Positions 36,723 through 46,109 of a stretch of DNA of 64,000 bases are shown here, piece by piece (position 1 is the stretch's first letter; the number at the start of each line of letters is the position of its first letter). The DNA is from an uncultured Gemmatimonadales bacterium (GTDB taxonomy: Bacteria > Gemmatimonadota > Gemmatimonadetes > Longimicrobiales > RSA9). A program made the translations under genes and the position numbers. The notes beneath the pieces are model-generated. The model ran no database searches. It had not been told where the DNA came from and saw nothing but the letters and a program-made list of their open reading frames with translations. The stretch is from the NCBI GenBank assembly GCA_963798085.1, contig CAWCRS010000003.1:713573-777572 (forward strand), in the 5' to 3' direction.

Positions 36723-38805
36723 CGTTCCAGTCCCAGACAGCCACGGTGTCGAGCGTCACCTGCGGTGGCAGCTCGGCCAGTGACAAAACAGGAATGTTAG
36801 GGAGCACGGGCTCGAGCAGGCGGCGCACGCCGACACGCAGTGTGGGCGGCGTCACCAGCACGACCGGGTGGCCATCGCCACCGTGCTTGCGGGCCAGCGC
36901 ATCGAGCCGGCGCATCAGGTCGGTGAGCTGATCCGGCCCGGGCAGGGAAGCCGGCCCCTTGTTGCCGCGCGGGCTGAAGAAGCCCATGAGCGTGGCCTCG
37001 AGACGGGGCGAGAGCACGATGCCGCGCAGTGTGCCGGCCTCGTCGACGTGCTGCTCGCTGATGACCTTGCCCAGCGAGCGGCGAACGTGCTCGACCAGAA
37101 TCTCCGGGTCCTTCGTCGAGTCGGCGACATCGGCCACCGCCTCGAGGATCGTGACCAGGTCGCGAATGGGCACACGCTCGCGCAGCAGGCGCTGCAGCAC
37201 GCGGTGCAGCACACCCAGCGAGACCCTGGCCGGCACGATCTCGTCGACCAGCGCCGGGTACGTGCGCTTGAGCGAATCCAGCATCGCCTGCACGTCCTGC
37301 CGGCCCAGCAGCTCGGCGGCGTTGGACTTGAGCGTCTCCATCAGGTGCGTGGAGATCACCGTGCCCGGCTCGACCACCACATAACCCGCTGTTTCCGCCT
37401 GCTCCTTCTGGGGCGGCATGATCCACACGCCGGGCATGCCGAAGCTCGGATCCTGCGTGGGAATGCCATCGACGCGCTGCGAGGTGCCGCCCGCGTCCAG
37501 CGCCAGCAGCATGCGCGGCATGATCTCGCCGCGCGCCACTTCGGACCCGCGCAGGCGGACCACATATTCGCTGGCGCCCAGCCGGATGTCGTCGCGGATG
37601 CGGATGCGGGGGACGAGAATGCCCAGCTCCGTAGCAGCCTGTTTGCGCAGCATGCGGATGCGCTCGAGCAGATCGCCGCCGTGGCGCTCATCCACGAGCG
37701 GGATCAGGCCGTAGCCCACCTCCAGCTCGACGGGATCCACCTGCAGCAGATCCTGCACGGTGGTGTCCACCGGCACCGGCGCCTTGGCCTCCGCCTGCGG
37801 CGTGACCTGGACCGTGCGCTGCGCCTCTTCATTGTGACGCGTCGCGGCGCGTGCGCCCAGCGCGGCGACCGCAGCCAGCGCGAGGAACGGAATCGTGGGC
37901 ATGCCCGGCACAATGGCGAGGCCGGCCAGGAACGCGGAGGACAGCCACATGGCGCGCGGCTGGCGCGCCACCTGCGTGATCATGGCCGCACCGAGGCGCA
38001 CACCACCCGCGGAGTACGTCACCATGATGCCCGCGGCGGTGCTGACGATCAGCGCCGGCACCTGGTTGGCGAGACCGTCGCCCACGGTCAACACGGTGTA
38101 TTGCGAGACCGCGCGCGAGAAGGGCAGTCCGCGCTGCACCACACCAATGAAGATGCCGCCCAGGATGTTGATGGCGGTGATGAGCAGTCCGGCAATGGCA
38201 TCGCCGCGCACGAACTTGGCCGCGCCGTCCATGGCGCCATAGAAATCGGCCTGGCGCGAGATCTCCGAGCGCCGGCGCCTGGCTTCCGTGTCATCGATGA
38301 GGCCGGCGCTCAGGTCGGCATCAATGCTCATCTGCCGGCCCGGCATCGCATCCAGCGTGAACCTGGCCGCGACTTCGGCAATGCGGCCCGCGCCTTTCGT
38401 GATCACCACGAAGTTGATGATCACGAGGATGACGAACAGCACGATGCCGACGGCGTAGTTGCCGCCCACCACGAACTGGCCGAACGCCTGGATGACGTGG
38501 CCGGCCTGGCCCCGGCTCAGGATCAGTCGCGTGCTGCTGACGTTCAGCGCCAGCCGGAACAGCGTCATCAGCAGCAGCGCAGTAGGGAAGACACTGAACT
38601 CGAGCGGATCCGTGGTGTGCAGTGCCACCAGGAACATGATGAGCGACGACGTGATGCTCGCGGCCAGCAGCAGATCCAGCACGAAGGGCGGCAGGGGCAG
38701 CACGAGCAGTGCGACAATGAAGACGATGCCGGCGACGACCGTGATTTCCGGCCAGCGGCCGCGCAGTCCGGGCGCGAGAGGCAGGGCGGTGGCGGTCGTG
38801 CTCAT
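36712..38805 (-). CDS. flhA: flagellar export gate protein FlhA
   Basis: About 697 aa. It contains the FHIPEP region (ISRQADFYGAMDGAAKFVRGDAIAG) and the cytoplasmic domain. The ATG at 38805 overlaps the flhB stop (ATGA). The track ORF extends to 38826. Confidence 0.95.
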   Translation of the reverse strand: MSTTATALPLAPGLRGRWPEITVVAGIVFIVALLVLPLPPFVLDLLLAASITSSLIMFLVALHTTDPLEFSVFPTALLLMTLFRLALNVSSTRLILSRGQAGHVIQAFGQFVVGGNYAVGIVLFVILVIINFVVITKGAGRIAEVAARFTLDAMPGRQMSIDADLSAGLIDDTEARRRRSEISRQADFYGAMDGAAKFVRGDAIAGLLITAINILGGIFIGVVQRGLPFSRAVSQYTVLTVGDGLANQVPALIVSTAAGIMVTYSAGGVRLGAAMITQVARQPRAMWLSSAFLAGLAIVPGMPTIPFLALAAVAALGARAATRHNEEAQRTVQVTPQAEAKAPVPVDTTVQDLLQVDPVELEVGYGLIPLVDERHGGDLLERIRMLRKQAATELGILVPRIRIRDDIRLGASEYVVRLRGSEVARGEIMPRMLLALDAGGTSQRVDGIPTQDPSFGMPGVWIMPPQKEQAETAGYVVVEPGTVISTHLMETLKSNAAELLGRQDVQAMLDSLKRTYPALVDEIVPARVSLGVLHRVLQRLLRERVPIRDLVTILEAVADVADSTKDPEILVEHVRRSLGKVISEQHVDEAGTLRGIVLSPRLEATLMGFFSPRGNKGPASLPGPDQLTDLMRRLDALARKHGGDGHPVVLVTPPTLRVGVRRLLEPVLPNIPVLSLAELPPQVTLDTVAVWDWNDAG

Positions 38806-39902
38806 GCGCTGGTGCTCCCCTGCCACGCCTCAGTCGCCATGCCGCGGCGCCGCTTGTAGACGAATGCCAGCACCTCGGCGACGGCCACGTACAGCTCGGG
38901 CGGAATGGGAAGTCCTACGCGGCCGGCGGCGAACAGCGCGCGCGCCAGCGGCTTGTCCTCGATGACCGGCACGCCCGACTCGTACGCCAGCTTCTTGATG
39001 CGCTCCGCGACCTTGCGCTCGCCCATGGCCAGCACAATGGGTGCAATGGAAATGAGCGGATCGTACTGCAGCGCGACGGCGATGTGCGTGGGGTTCGTCA
39101 CCACGACATCCGCTTTGGTCACGTCCTTGAACATCTGCTTGCGCACGAGTGCGCGGCCCAGATTGCGCAGGCGTGCGCGGTTCTGCGGGTCGCCTTCCGA
39201 TTCCTTCAGCTCCTGCCGCACTTCATCCTTCGTCATACGCAGCTGCTTCTCGTGCTGCCACAGCTGGAAAGCGTAGTCGGCGGCGGCGAGGAACAGGTAG
39301 GTGCTGCCGGCCGTGAACAGCAGCCGTATCGCGAAGCGGCCCAGCCAGTGCGCCAGCACGGCGGGATCCTGCTGGCCCAGCGTGAGAATGTCGGACCACG
39401 CGTGACGCAGTGTCAGGAACAGCGCGCCGCCCACAATGCCGAGTTTGAACAGCGACTTGGCCAGCTCGGCGAGCGCGCGCACACCCCAGATGCGGCTGAT
39501 GTTCTTGTGCGGCGCAATGCGCGACCAGTCGGGCTGGATGGGCTGTGCGCTGAGCACGCCCCTCGCCTGTGCCGCGGCCAGTATCAGCCCCGTCAGCGCG
39601 AGTCCGCCGAAAAGCGGTGCGGTCGCAGTCGCAGTCTGCCGCGCGATGCCGCGGATCCACTCCGCATTGGCGCCGGCGCCGGCCAGCGGTGTGCCCGCGC
39701 GCATGGTGCCTTCGCTCAGCAGTCTGGCGAAGGTGCCCGTCATGAACGGTCCCATCGCCCACAGCAGTCCGCCCGCTGCCAGCAGCAGCAGTGCAGTGGT
39801 CAGCTCCTGGCTGCGCGGTACCTGCCCCTTGTCGTGCGCATCCTTGCGCTTGCGCGGGGTCGCGGCTTCGGTGCGGTCCTGGAGTGATTCGCCGCCCGCC
39901 AC
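38802..39902 (-). CDS. flhB: flagellar export switch protein FlhB
   Basis: 366 aa. N-terminus contains TEAATPRKRKDAHDKGQVPRSQEL. The NPTH autocleavage site is present (VVVTNPTHIAVAL). Confidence 0.95.
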   Translation of the reverse strand: MAGGESLQDRTEAATPRKRKDAHDKGQVPRSQELTTALLLLAAGGLLWAMGPFMTGTFARLLSEGTMRAGTPLAGAGANAEWIRGIARQTATATAPLFGGLALTGLILAAAQARGVLSAQPIQPDWSRIAPHKNISRIWGVRALAELAKSLFKLGIVGGALFLTLRHAWSDILTLGQQDPAVLAHWLGRFAIRLLFTAGSTYLFLAAADYAFQLWQHEKQLRMTKDEVRQELKESEGDPQNRARLRNLGRALVRKQMFKDVTKADVVVTNPTHIAVALQYDPLISIAPIVLAMGERKVAERIKKLAYESGVPVIEDKPLARALFAAGRVGLPIPPELYVAVAEVLAFVYKRRRGMATEAWQGSTSA

Positions 39903-39903
39903 G

Positions 39904-40680
39904 CTACCTCGCTCCCAGCGCGCCCAGCAGGTCGCGCACCACCGTCTGGTAGTATCCGGGAAAACCGCTGACGGAAACGCCCAGCAGCGGCAGCGACAGC
40001 GCCAGCACGCCCAGGCCCATCACGATCTGCAGCGGATACGCCAGCATGAAGACCTGCAGCTGCGGCGCAGTGCGCGCCAGGACACCCATCGCGATGTTGC
40101 CCACGAACACGGCCGCGATCACGGGCGATGCCAGCTTGAGTCCCATTGCGAACAGCGCGCTGCCCAGGTGCACCATGGCCATGGTGCCCTGCTGCAGCTC
40201 AATGGGCGAGCCGGGCGGCAGCAGTGTGGTGCTGTCGGCCAGCGCCTGCAGCATCAGCAGGTGGCCGTTCATGGCTAACACAAGTGTTATAACCACCAGC
40301 TTCATGAAGTCGCCCATGGTCTGCGACTGCTGACTGGTCAGGGGATCGAGGCTGCCTGCGCCCGAGAGACCGGTCTGCAGTGCCAGCACATCGCCAGCGA
40401 CTTCGGCGCCGCCCACGAACACGGCGGCGCCCATGCCCAGAGCGAAGCCGATCAGCAGCTCGGACATCAGCGTGCCCGGACCCACGGCAGGAAAGGGGCC
40501 GCCCGCGAGCACGACCGGTGCGAACGCGGCTGTCAGCGCGACCATCAGTGCCGCGCGCACACCGGCCGGCACCGTGCGCGCCGAGAAGACGGGCGCGACC
40601 AGCATGAGACCGCCCAGGCGGGTGGCGACCAGCGCAATGCCCGCGGCCGGGCCCGGCTCGAAAGGATTCAGCACACTCAC
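39904..40680 (-). CDS. fliR: flagellar export gate protein FliR
   Basis: 258-aa polytopic protein in the fliQ-fliR-flhB order. Confidence 0.85.
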   Translation of the reverse strand: MSVLNPFEPGPAAGIALVATRLGGLMLVAPVFSARTVPAGVRAALMVALTAAFAPVVLAGGPFPAVGPGTLMSELLIGFALGMGAAVFVGGAEVAGDVLALQTGLSGAGSLDPLTSQQSQTMGDFMKLVVITLVLAMNGHLLMLQALADSTTLLPPGSPIELQQGTMAMVHLGSALFAMGLKLASPVIAAVFVGNIAMGVLARTAPQLQVFMLAYPLQIVMGLGVLALSLPLLGVSVSGFPGYYQTVVRDLLGALGAR

Positions 40681-40946
40681 GAGACCAGGCCGGGCAGACT
40701 CTGGAACAGCTCGACCGTGTAGCGCACGATCGCCTGCAGCATCCAGTTGAGCGTGAGCAGGAACACCGCGCTCACGGCCACCAGCTTCAGCACGAAACCG
40801 ACGGTCTGCTCCTGGATCTGCGTCACTGCCTGGAACACGCTCACCACCACGCCCACGGCGAGCGCCACGAGCAGCAGCGGTCCGCCCAGCATGAGCGCCA
40901 GGAACAGCGCGTTGCGCGCGAGGTCGACGACGACCGAATAGTTCAC
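40677..40946 (-). CDS. fliQ: flagellar export gate protein FliQ
   Basis: 89 aa from a GTG at 40946 (VNYSVVVDLARNALFLALMLGGPLLL...QIQEQTVGFVLKL). The track ORF is extended to 41003. Confidence 0.85.
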   Translation of the reverse strand: MNYSVVVDLARNALFLALMLGGPLLLVALAVGVVVSVFQAVTQIQEQTVGFVLKLVAVSAVFLLTLNWMLQAIVRYTVELFQSLPGLVS

Positions 40947-40956
40947 GTGTTGTCCT

Positions 40957-42315
40957 CTACACGAAGCTGTGGACCAGGCTGCCCACCAGCAGGGACCAGC
41001 CATCCACGAGCACGAACAGCAGCAGCTTGCAGGGAAGCGCGATCATGGTGGGCGGCAGCATGAACATGCCCATGCTGGTCAGCACCGCGGAAACCACGAG
41101 ATCGATGACCACGAACGGCAGGAAGATCGCGAAACCCATCTGGAACGCCGCGCGCAGCTCGCTGGTCGCGAACGCCGACATCAGCACGGGCAGCGACACA
41201 TCCTCCGGCGCATCCGGCATGGGCTGTCCACTCAGCTCGACGAAGTGGGCCAGGTCCTGCTCCGGCACCTGCCGCAGCATGAAGGCGCGCAGCGGCTGAC
41301 TGCCCGTCTGCATCATCTGCACTTCATCGATTTCGCCGTGCATCCACGGCTGGATCGCGGTGGAATTCACTTCCGCGATCGTGGGCGCCATGATGAAGCC
41401 CGTCAGCAGCAGCGCCAGCGCGGCCAGCAGCTGCGCCGGCGGCACGCTCTGTGTGCCCAGCGCCTGCCGCATGAAATGCAGCACCACGAGCACGCGCGTG
41501 AAGCTGGTCATGAGCAGCAGCAGCGTGGGCAGTGTCGCCAGCAGGCCGATGAAAAGCACGGTGCCCACGGTACCGCTGATGCGCAGATCGGATTTCGAGC
41601 CGTCACCGAACTGCAGCGCCAGGCGAGGCACACTGCCCTGCGCCGGCAGCTGCGCGATCTGGGCGGGGTTCAGCTTCTGTGTACTGGCGGTTGCGGCCGG
41701 CGCTGCGCCGCGGCCGCCCTGGTTCGGCTGTGCCGCCGGATTCGTGTTCGCCGAGCTGCCGCGACCGCTCGCATTCTGCGTCTGGTTCTGCGCGGCGGCG
41801 CCGCCGCTCTGCGCGCCGCGGCCCGCCTGATTCCCCGTACCGCCATTCTGTGCTGCCTGCACCCGCGCGGGCGCCGCGGACAGCGGCTCGGCGTGCACGC
41901 GTGCGCTCGCGAAGGACAGGGAGAAGCCCGCGGCGGCCAGCACGCGCAGCAGCCCGAGCGCGCGCAGACCGCGCGCGGTGGCTCCCGTCGCGCCGGCGGC
42001 CGAGGCGGTGTCGTCGCCTGCATCACCGGACGCGTCCCGCAGTCCGGCCTTCAGCGATTCCTGCGGTGTCAGCTCGGTGAGCAGGTGGACGCCGCCATCG
42101 CCTACGGAGACGACCAGCACGCGATCGGCCACGCGCACCGCGGCCACGCCCTGGCGCGGCCCGATGGCGGTGCGCTGCAGCACGTTGAGGCGCAGGCCGG
42201 AGCGGCCCGCACCGGTCACACCGGCAAAGCGGCGGGCCGCGCCCACCGCCAGTCCCAGCAGTCCCAGCACCAGCCCCAGCGCCAGGATCAGACCTAACAC
42301 GGCGCTAACGGTCAC
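40957..42315 (-). CDS. fliP: FliO-FliP fusion protein
   Basis: Residues 1-95 form a FliO-like TM plus domain (LNVLQRTAIGPRQGVAAVRVADRVLVVSVGDGG). A signal-like segment follows (LGLLRVLAAAGFSLSFASARVHA), then a stretch of about 100 aa rich in Q, N, G and A. The FliP core comes last (LLLMTSFTRVLVVLHFMRQALGT ... FLPFVVIDLVV). Confidence 0.8.
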   Translation of the reverse strand: MTVSAVLGLILALGLVLGLLGLAVGAARRFAGVTGAGRSGLRLNVLQRTAIGPRQGVAAVRVADRVLVVSVGDGGVHLLTELTPQESLKAGLRDASGDAGDDTASAAGATGATARGLRALGLLRVLAAAGFSLSFASARVHAEPLSAAPARVQAAQNGGTGNQAGRGAQSGGAAAQNQTQNASGRGSSANTNPAAQPNQGGRGAAPAATASTQKLNPAQIAQLPAQGSVPRLALQFGDGSKSDLRISGTVGTVLFIGLLATLPTLLLLMTSFTRVLVVLHFMRQALGTQSVPPAQLLAALALLLTGFIMAPTIAEVNSTAIQPWMHGEIDEVQMMQTGSQPLRAFMLRQVPEQDLAHFVELSGQPMPDAPEDVSLPVLMSAFATSELRAAFQMGFAIFLPFVVIDLVVSAVLTSMGMFMLPPTMIALPCKLLLFVLVDGWSLLVGSLVHSFV

Positions 42316-43664
42316 GGCTGCTCGTCAGCGACGTTCTGTGAGTGCAGCCGGGTGATGCGAATGCCGAACTGCTCGCCGATCACCACCACTTCGCCCTCGG
42401 CGAAGGGCCGGTCGCCCACGATCACGTCGACGGGCTCGCCCACCAGCCGGTTCAGGGCGATGACCGAGCCGCGACCCAGCTCGAGCACGTCCTGCACGGT
42501 CATGCGCGTGCGGCCCAGCTCAATGGTCACCGGCAGTGTCACCTGAAAGACGTTGCTCAGGGATCCGGCCCCGCCCGTCGGCTGCGCTTCCAGCTCGGCC
42601 AGCTCCATTCCGCCCTCGCCCTTCGATTCCGGTTGTACAATGGTTGCCATTATGCTCATTCTCCGGTGCGGTTCTTCCTGCTCGTTGTCCTCCGCCATCA
42701 CACCGATGACGCGCGCCGCCAGCGTGCGGCCCTCGCGTCCGGGCAGCGCCACGAAGCGCGGTGTGCCTTCGATGCGCACAGCCAGCTGCGTCTGTGCCGG
42801 CAGGCCCGTGTGCCACACCGTGCCGGGCACGGTGCTGGCCATGTCGCCCAGCGCGATGCCGAACAGTGGTGTTCGCACTGTGATCTCCACCGTCGCCGTG
42901 CGTACTGCCTTTTCCGCGGCCACGCGGTCCAGCTCGCGATCGCGCGAGGCGCCGCGCGGCTGGTTCACGCGCTGCGTGCTCGAGGCGCTGAAGAATTTCT
43001 CCAGCACCACGAAGGGCACGCAGATGAGCAGGCTGCCCTCGAAGTTGGCCGCCTTCACCTCGATGTTGGCCACCAGCATGGGATCTTCGCGGTTGGCCGT
43101 GCGCAGCAGCTCGGGCACCGCCTCGAAGCGGTTCATGGTGAGGCCCAGCGGTACGTTGTCCTTCCAGATCTCGTTGAGCTGCGCCGCCGTCTGGTCCGCC
43201 GCCATGCGCACCACCATGCGCTCCAGCACGGTGAGCGAACGCTCGGGCGCGGGCGGTTCGTCGTTCGAGCCCAGCAGCCGGTCCACGAGGAAGAAGGCGA
43301 AGGCGCGGCCGAAGTCGATAACAACCTGTTGGCCGCTGCCGTTGGCCACGTCGAATACGAAGCTGGCCGTGGGATTCGCCAGCGACAGCGTGAACTCGCC
43401 GAAGCTCAGCTGCTCCACACCCAGCAGACGCAGATCGATGGAGGTGCGCACCCTCGCCGTCAGCCAGCTCTCCAGCGCCTTGCACAGCATGCCGTACTTG
43501 GCGCCCAGCGCGCGCAGCTTGTCCTTCGATACCAGGTTGGGGCGGCGGAAATCGTAGACCTGCACGTCTTCGCGTGCGTCCGCCGGCGTCTCGACGTTCG
43601 GCGACGGCTCGCCCCCGCTGAAGAGGCGGTCGATCTCCTGCTGGGAGAGCGTTTCTGATGTCAC
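42312..43664 (-). CDS. fliM: FliM with C-terminal FliN domain (FliM-FliN fusion)
   Basis: 450 aa. It has the CheY-P binding N-terminus (LSQQEIDRLFSG), the FliM middle domain and a first SpoA-like domain. The last 115 aa, from an internal ATG (42657-42659), form a FliN-type SpoA domain (LPVTIELGRTRMTVQDVLELGRGSVIALNRLVGEPVDVIVGDRPFAEGEVVV). No separate fliN is present. Confidence 0.8.
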   Translation of the reverse strand: MTSETLSQQEIDRLFSGGEPSPNVETPADAREDVQVYDFRRPNLVSKDKLRALGAKYGMLCKALESWLTARVRTSIDLRLLGVEQLSFGEFTLSLANPTASFVFDVANGSGQQVVIDFGRAFAFFLVDRLLGSNDEPPAPERSLTVLERMVVRMAADQTAAQLNEIWKDNVPLGLTMNRFEAVPELLRTANREDPMLVANIEVKAANFEGSLLICVPFVVLEKFFSASSTQRVNQPRGASRDRELDRVAAEKAVRTATVEITVRTPLFGIALGDMASTVPGTVWHTGLPAQTQLAVRIEGTPRFVALPGREGRTLAARVIGVMAEDNEQEEPHRRMSIMATIVQPESKGEGGMELAELEAQPTGGAGSLSNVFQVTLPVTIELGRTRMTVQDVLELGRGSVIALNRLVGEPVDVIVGDRPFAEGEVVVIGEQFGIRITRLHSQNVADEQP

Positions 43665-43668
43665 GCGA

Positions 43669-44202
43669 TTACTGCAGCACGAACTGCGGCATGAGGATGT
43701 TCGCCACAGTGCCCTTGCCCATCACCGTCTCCACCGCGGCACGCAGCTGCACCTTCAGCGAATCGCGGATCCCGGGATTGGAAAGCTGCTGCACCGTGCG
43801 CGACGCCAGCAGGCCCAGCAGCGCATCGCGGATCTCCGGATCGTGCGCCACCAGCTGTTCCGTCGTTGTCTTGTCGGAAACGCGGATCGCCAGGCTGACC
43901 ACCAGGAAGCGTGTGCCCTGGGTGCCGGACGGGTTTACCACGAGGTTGTCGATCGTGTAGAGCGGCGCGCCATCCGTCTTCTCGCCTTCGCCGCCGTGAC
44001 CGGCGTGCTTCTCGCCCTGCGGTTTGCCCGCAGCCTCGGCGCTCGATTTGGGCCCGAGCATCGGGCCCAGCGCAAAGAGCCCCGCCCCGGCACCCGCTCC
44101 CAGGCTGGCCACCGCTGCAAGGAGAAGCATCACCAGGCCGCTGCCCTTTTTCGGAGCAGGCGGCTCGCTGGTCTCCTCCGCTTCCTTCGCCTCATCCGCC
44201 AC
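43669..44202 (-). CDS. fliL: flagellar basal-body-associated protein FliL
   Basis: 177 aa with an N-terminal TM and FliL core (PLYTIDNLVVNPSGTQGTRFLVVSLAIRV...). It starts at a GTG. Confidence 0.85.
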   Translation of the reverse strand: MADEAKEAEETSEPPAPKKGSGLVMLLLAAVASLGAGAGAGLFALGPMLGPKSSAEAAGKPQGEKHAGHGGEGEKTDGAPLYTIDNLVVNPSGTQGTRFLVVSLAIRVSDKTTTEQLVAHDPEIRDALLGLLASRTVQQLSNPGIRDSLKVQLRAAVETVMGKGTVANILMPQFVLQ

Positions 44203-44278
44203 GGCGGTATCCCTCCACGCTGCATCGCGTTGCCGTATTTCGTCCCGGTCCCGGCCGGGTATCTACGCCCGGGCAAGG

Positions 44279-44293
44279 GCATGCCCCGTACCA
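44279..44293 (-). promoter_or_regulatory. sigma-54-like promoter upstream of fliL
   Basis: The minus strand reads TGGTAC-ggggc-ATGC with correct GG-N10-GC spacing. It lies about 75 nt upstream of the fliL start. Confidence 0.5.
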
Positions 44294-44497
44294 CGCGTGA
44301 GCGGCCCGCGCGCAGAGCCCGGGCTTCCCCCATAATTCATTGCAGTAAAGTCAATTACGGACTATGCGACGACATCGCCTCGGGTCTGCTTCGCACCCCT
44401 TCTTCCCGTCGCGTCCGGCAGATCTTGCCGGGAGGGAGGAGAGGATTGCCGGTGCAAGCCGGCGGGTGGAGCGTGAATGGCGGGCGGGCCGAACGGC

Positions 44498-44535
44498 GTT
44501 GCTGGGGCTCGGGCTCGGGCTGGTTGCTCGGGAAC
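44498..44535 (+). repeat. GGGCTCGGGCTCGGGCTGGTTGCTCGGGAACG repeat copy
   Basis: Reads gttgctggggctcgggctcgggctggttgctcgggaacg. It is near-identical to motifs at 24105-24190. Confidence 0.7.
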
Positions 44536-44828
44536 GACCGCATCCATCACGGGGAACGGGTTTGCGGGGAGGGGTGAGGTTCAGGGGTCGGACGCGGGCA
44601 AGGGGCACCCGTTGAGGGGTGGGGACGAGGGAGTGGATGCGGCCGGGATGCGCGAAGGCTTGCCTCCCCGCTCCCCCAGCCCTCAACGCCAACCCGCGCC
44701 CGCGTCCATCCCGGACCCGGACCCTTTCCTGGTCCCTTCCACACGCGCCTAACGCGTAGTTACAGGCCGGGGGAAGGGAGCGGCCTCATCCCGCCCCTTC
44801 CCCTGCCCCTCAACCTGCCCCGCGAAGC

Positions 44829-46086
44829 CTACCGCTTGAGGTTGACCAGCTCCTGGAGCATCTCGTCGCTGGTGGTGATCACGCGCGCGTTGGACTGGAA
44901 GCCGCGCTGCGCGGTGATCAGGTTCGTGAATTCCTGCGCCAGGTCGACGTTGGACATTTCGAGCGCGCCGGACGTGACGACGGACTGGCTGCCTTCGCCG
45001 GCGAAGCCCAGCACGGCGGCGCCGGAGTTGGGCGATACCGTGTACATGTTGTCGCCCACGCGGATCAGGCCCGACGGATTGTTGAAGTCGGCCAGCACCA
45101 GCTGCGCCAGCGTCTGTGTCGTGCCGTTGCTGAATGCGCCCACGATCGTGCCCGTCGGATCAATGCTGATGCGCTCGAGCAGACCCATCGTGTAGCCGTC
45201 CTGCTCTTTCAGCACCGCGGTCGAGGGCCCGGCGAACTCGGAAAGGCCGTTGATCTCGCCTGCCGTGCCGAACGTCAGCGTGACTTTCTGCGAGGCGGCG
45301 AAACCGGCGGGCGTGAACTCGAAGTCCACGGTCTCGGGATCCAGCAGCGAGCCATTCGTGTCGAACGTCACGGTACCGGTGTCGTTCACGTACGTCGAGC
45401 CGGGCTCGTTGTTGGTCGTCGTGATCGCGTAGTCCCACTCGTTGGCGTTGGCGTTCTTGGTGAACTCGATGTTCAGGTCGTGCTTGCCGCCCTGCTCGTC
45501 ATACACGGTGATCGAATGTGTTGCGCGTCAGGCCCTGCGCCGCGCCCGCATCGAGGTTGCCGCCCAGGACCGCGTTCTCGGTGGCGTGGGCCGGCGCCTT
45601 CTGGCCGAAGGGCAGCTTGATGTCGTCGATCGTGTCGGTCAGCACGCCGTTCACAGGCACGCGACCCTGCACGATGAAGCCGTTCGTGGACGCCACCAGC
45701 TTGCCCGACGCGTCCAGCTGGAACGCGCCCGAGCGCGTGTAGAAGCGCTGCGTGCCGTCGGACACGACGAAGAAGGAATCGCCCTGGATGGCCAGGTCGG
45801 TGTCCACGCCGGTCGTCTCGAGGTTGCCCTGCGTGAACATGGCGTCGATGCTGCCGATGTTCATGCCCAGGCCGATCTGGATCGGGTTGCGGCCGCCGGA
45901 CACGTTGGTGGCGCCGCCCGGCGGACGGCTCGCGCCCTGCACGATCTGCGCGAACGCTTCCTCGAATGTCACACGACTCGACTTGAACGCCACCGTGTTC
46001 ACGTTGGCGATGTTGTTGCCGATCACGTCCATTTTGACCTGGTGATTGCGCAGGCCGGACACGCCGGCGAACAGAGAACGCATCAT
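44829..46086 (-). pseudogene. flgE: flagellar hook protein FlgE, one frame disruption
   Basis: The N-fragment is ORF 45499..46086 (MMRSLFAGVSGLRNHQVKMDVIGNNIANVNT...). The C-fragment is ORF 44829..45506 (...ITVYDEQGGKHDL ... NLITAQRGFQSNARVITTSDEMLQELVNLKR). The junction lies at about 45510-45525. Confidence 0.85.
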
Positions 46087-46109
46087 TTCGGATTCTCCTC
46101 GTTGCCTGT

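Noticed and set aside
44325-44365. An IHF binding site in the AT-rich island upstream of the fliL sigma-54-like promoter.
   Set aside because: No match to WATCAANNNNTTR was found on either strand. It is kept only as an AT-rich island in a finding.
44563-44640. G-quadruplex-forming G runs (GGGGaGGGGtgaggttcaGGGGtcggacgcGGG...).
   Set aside because: The sequence formally fits a G4 pattern. Such runs are expected to be frequent in DNA this GC-rich, and nothing here singles them out functionally.
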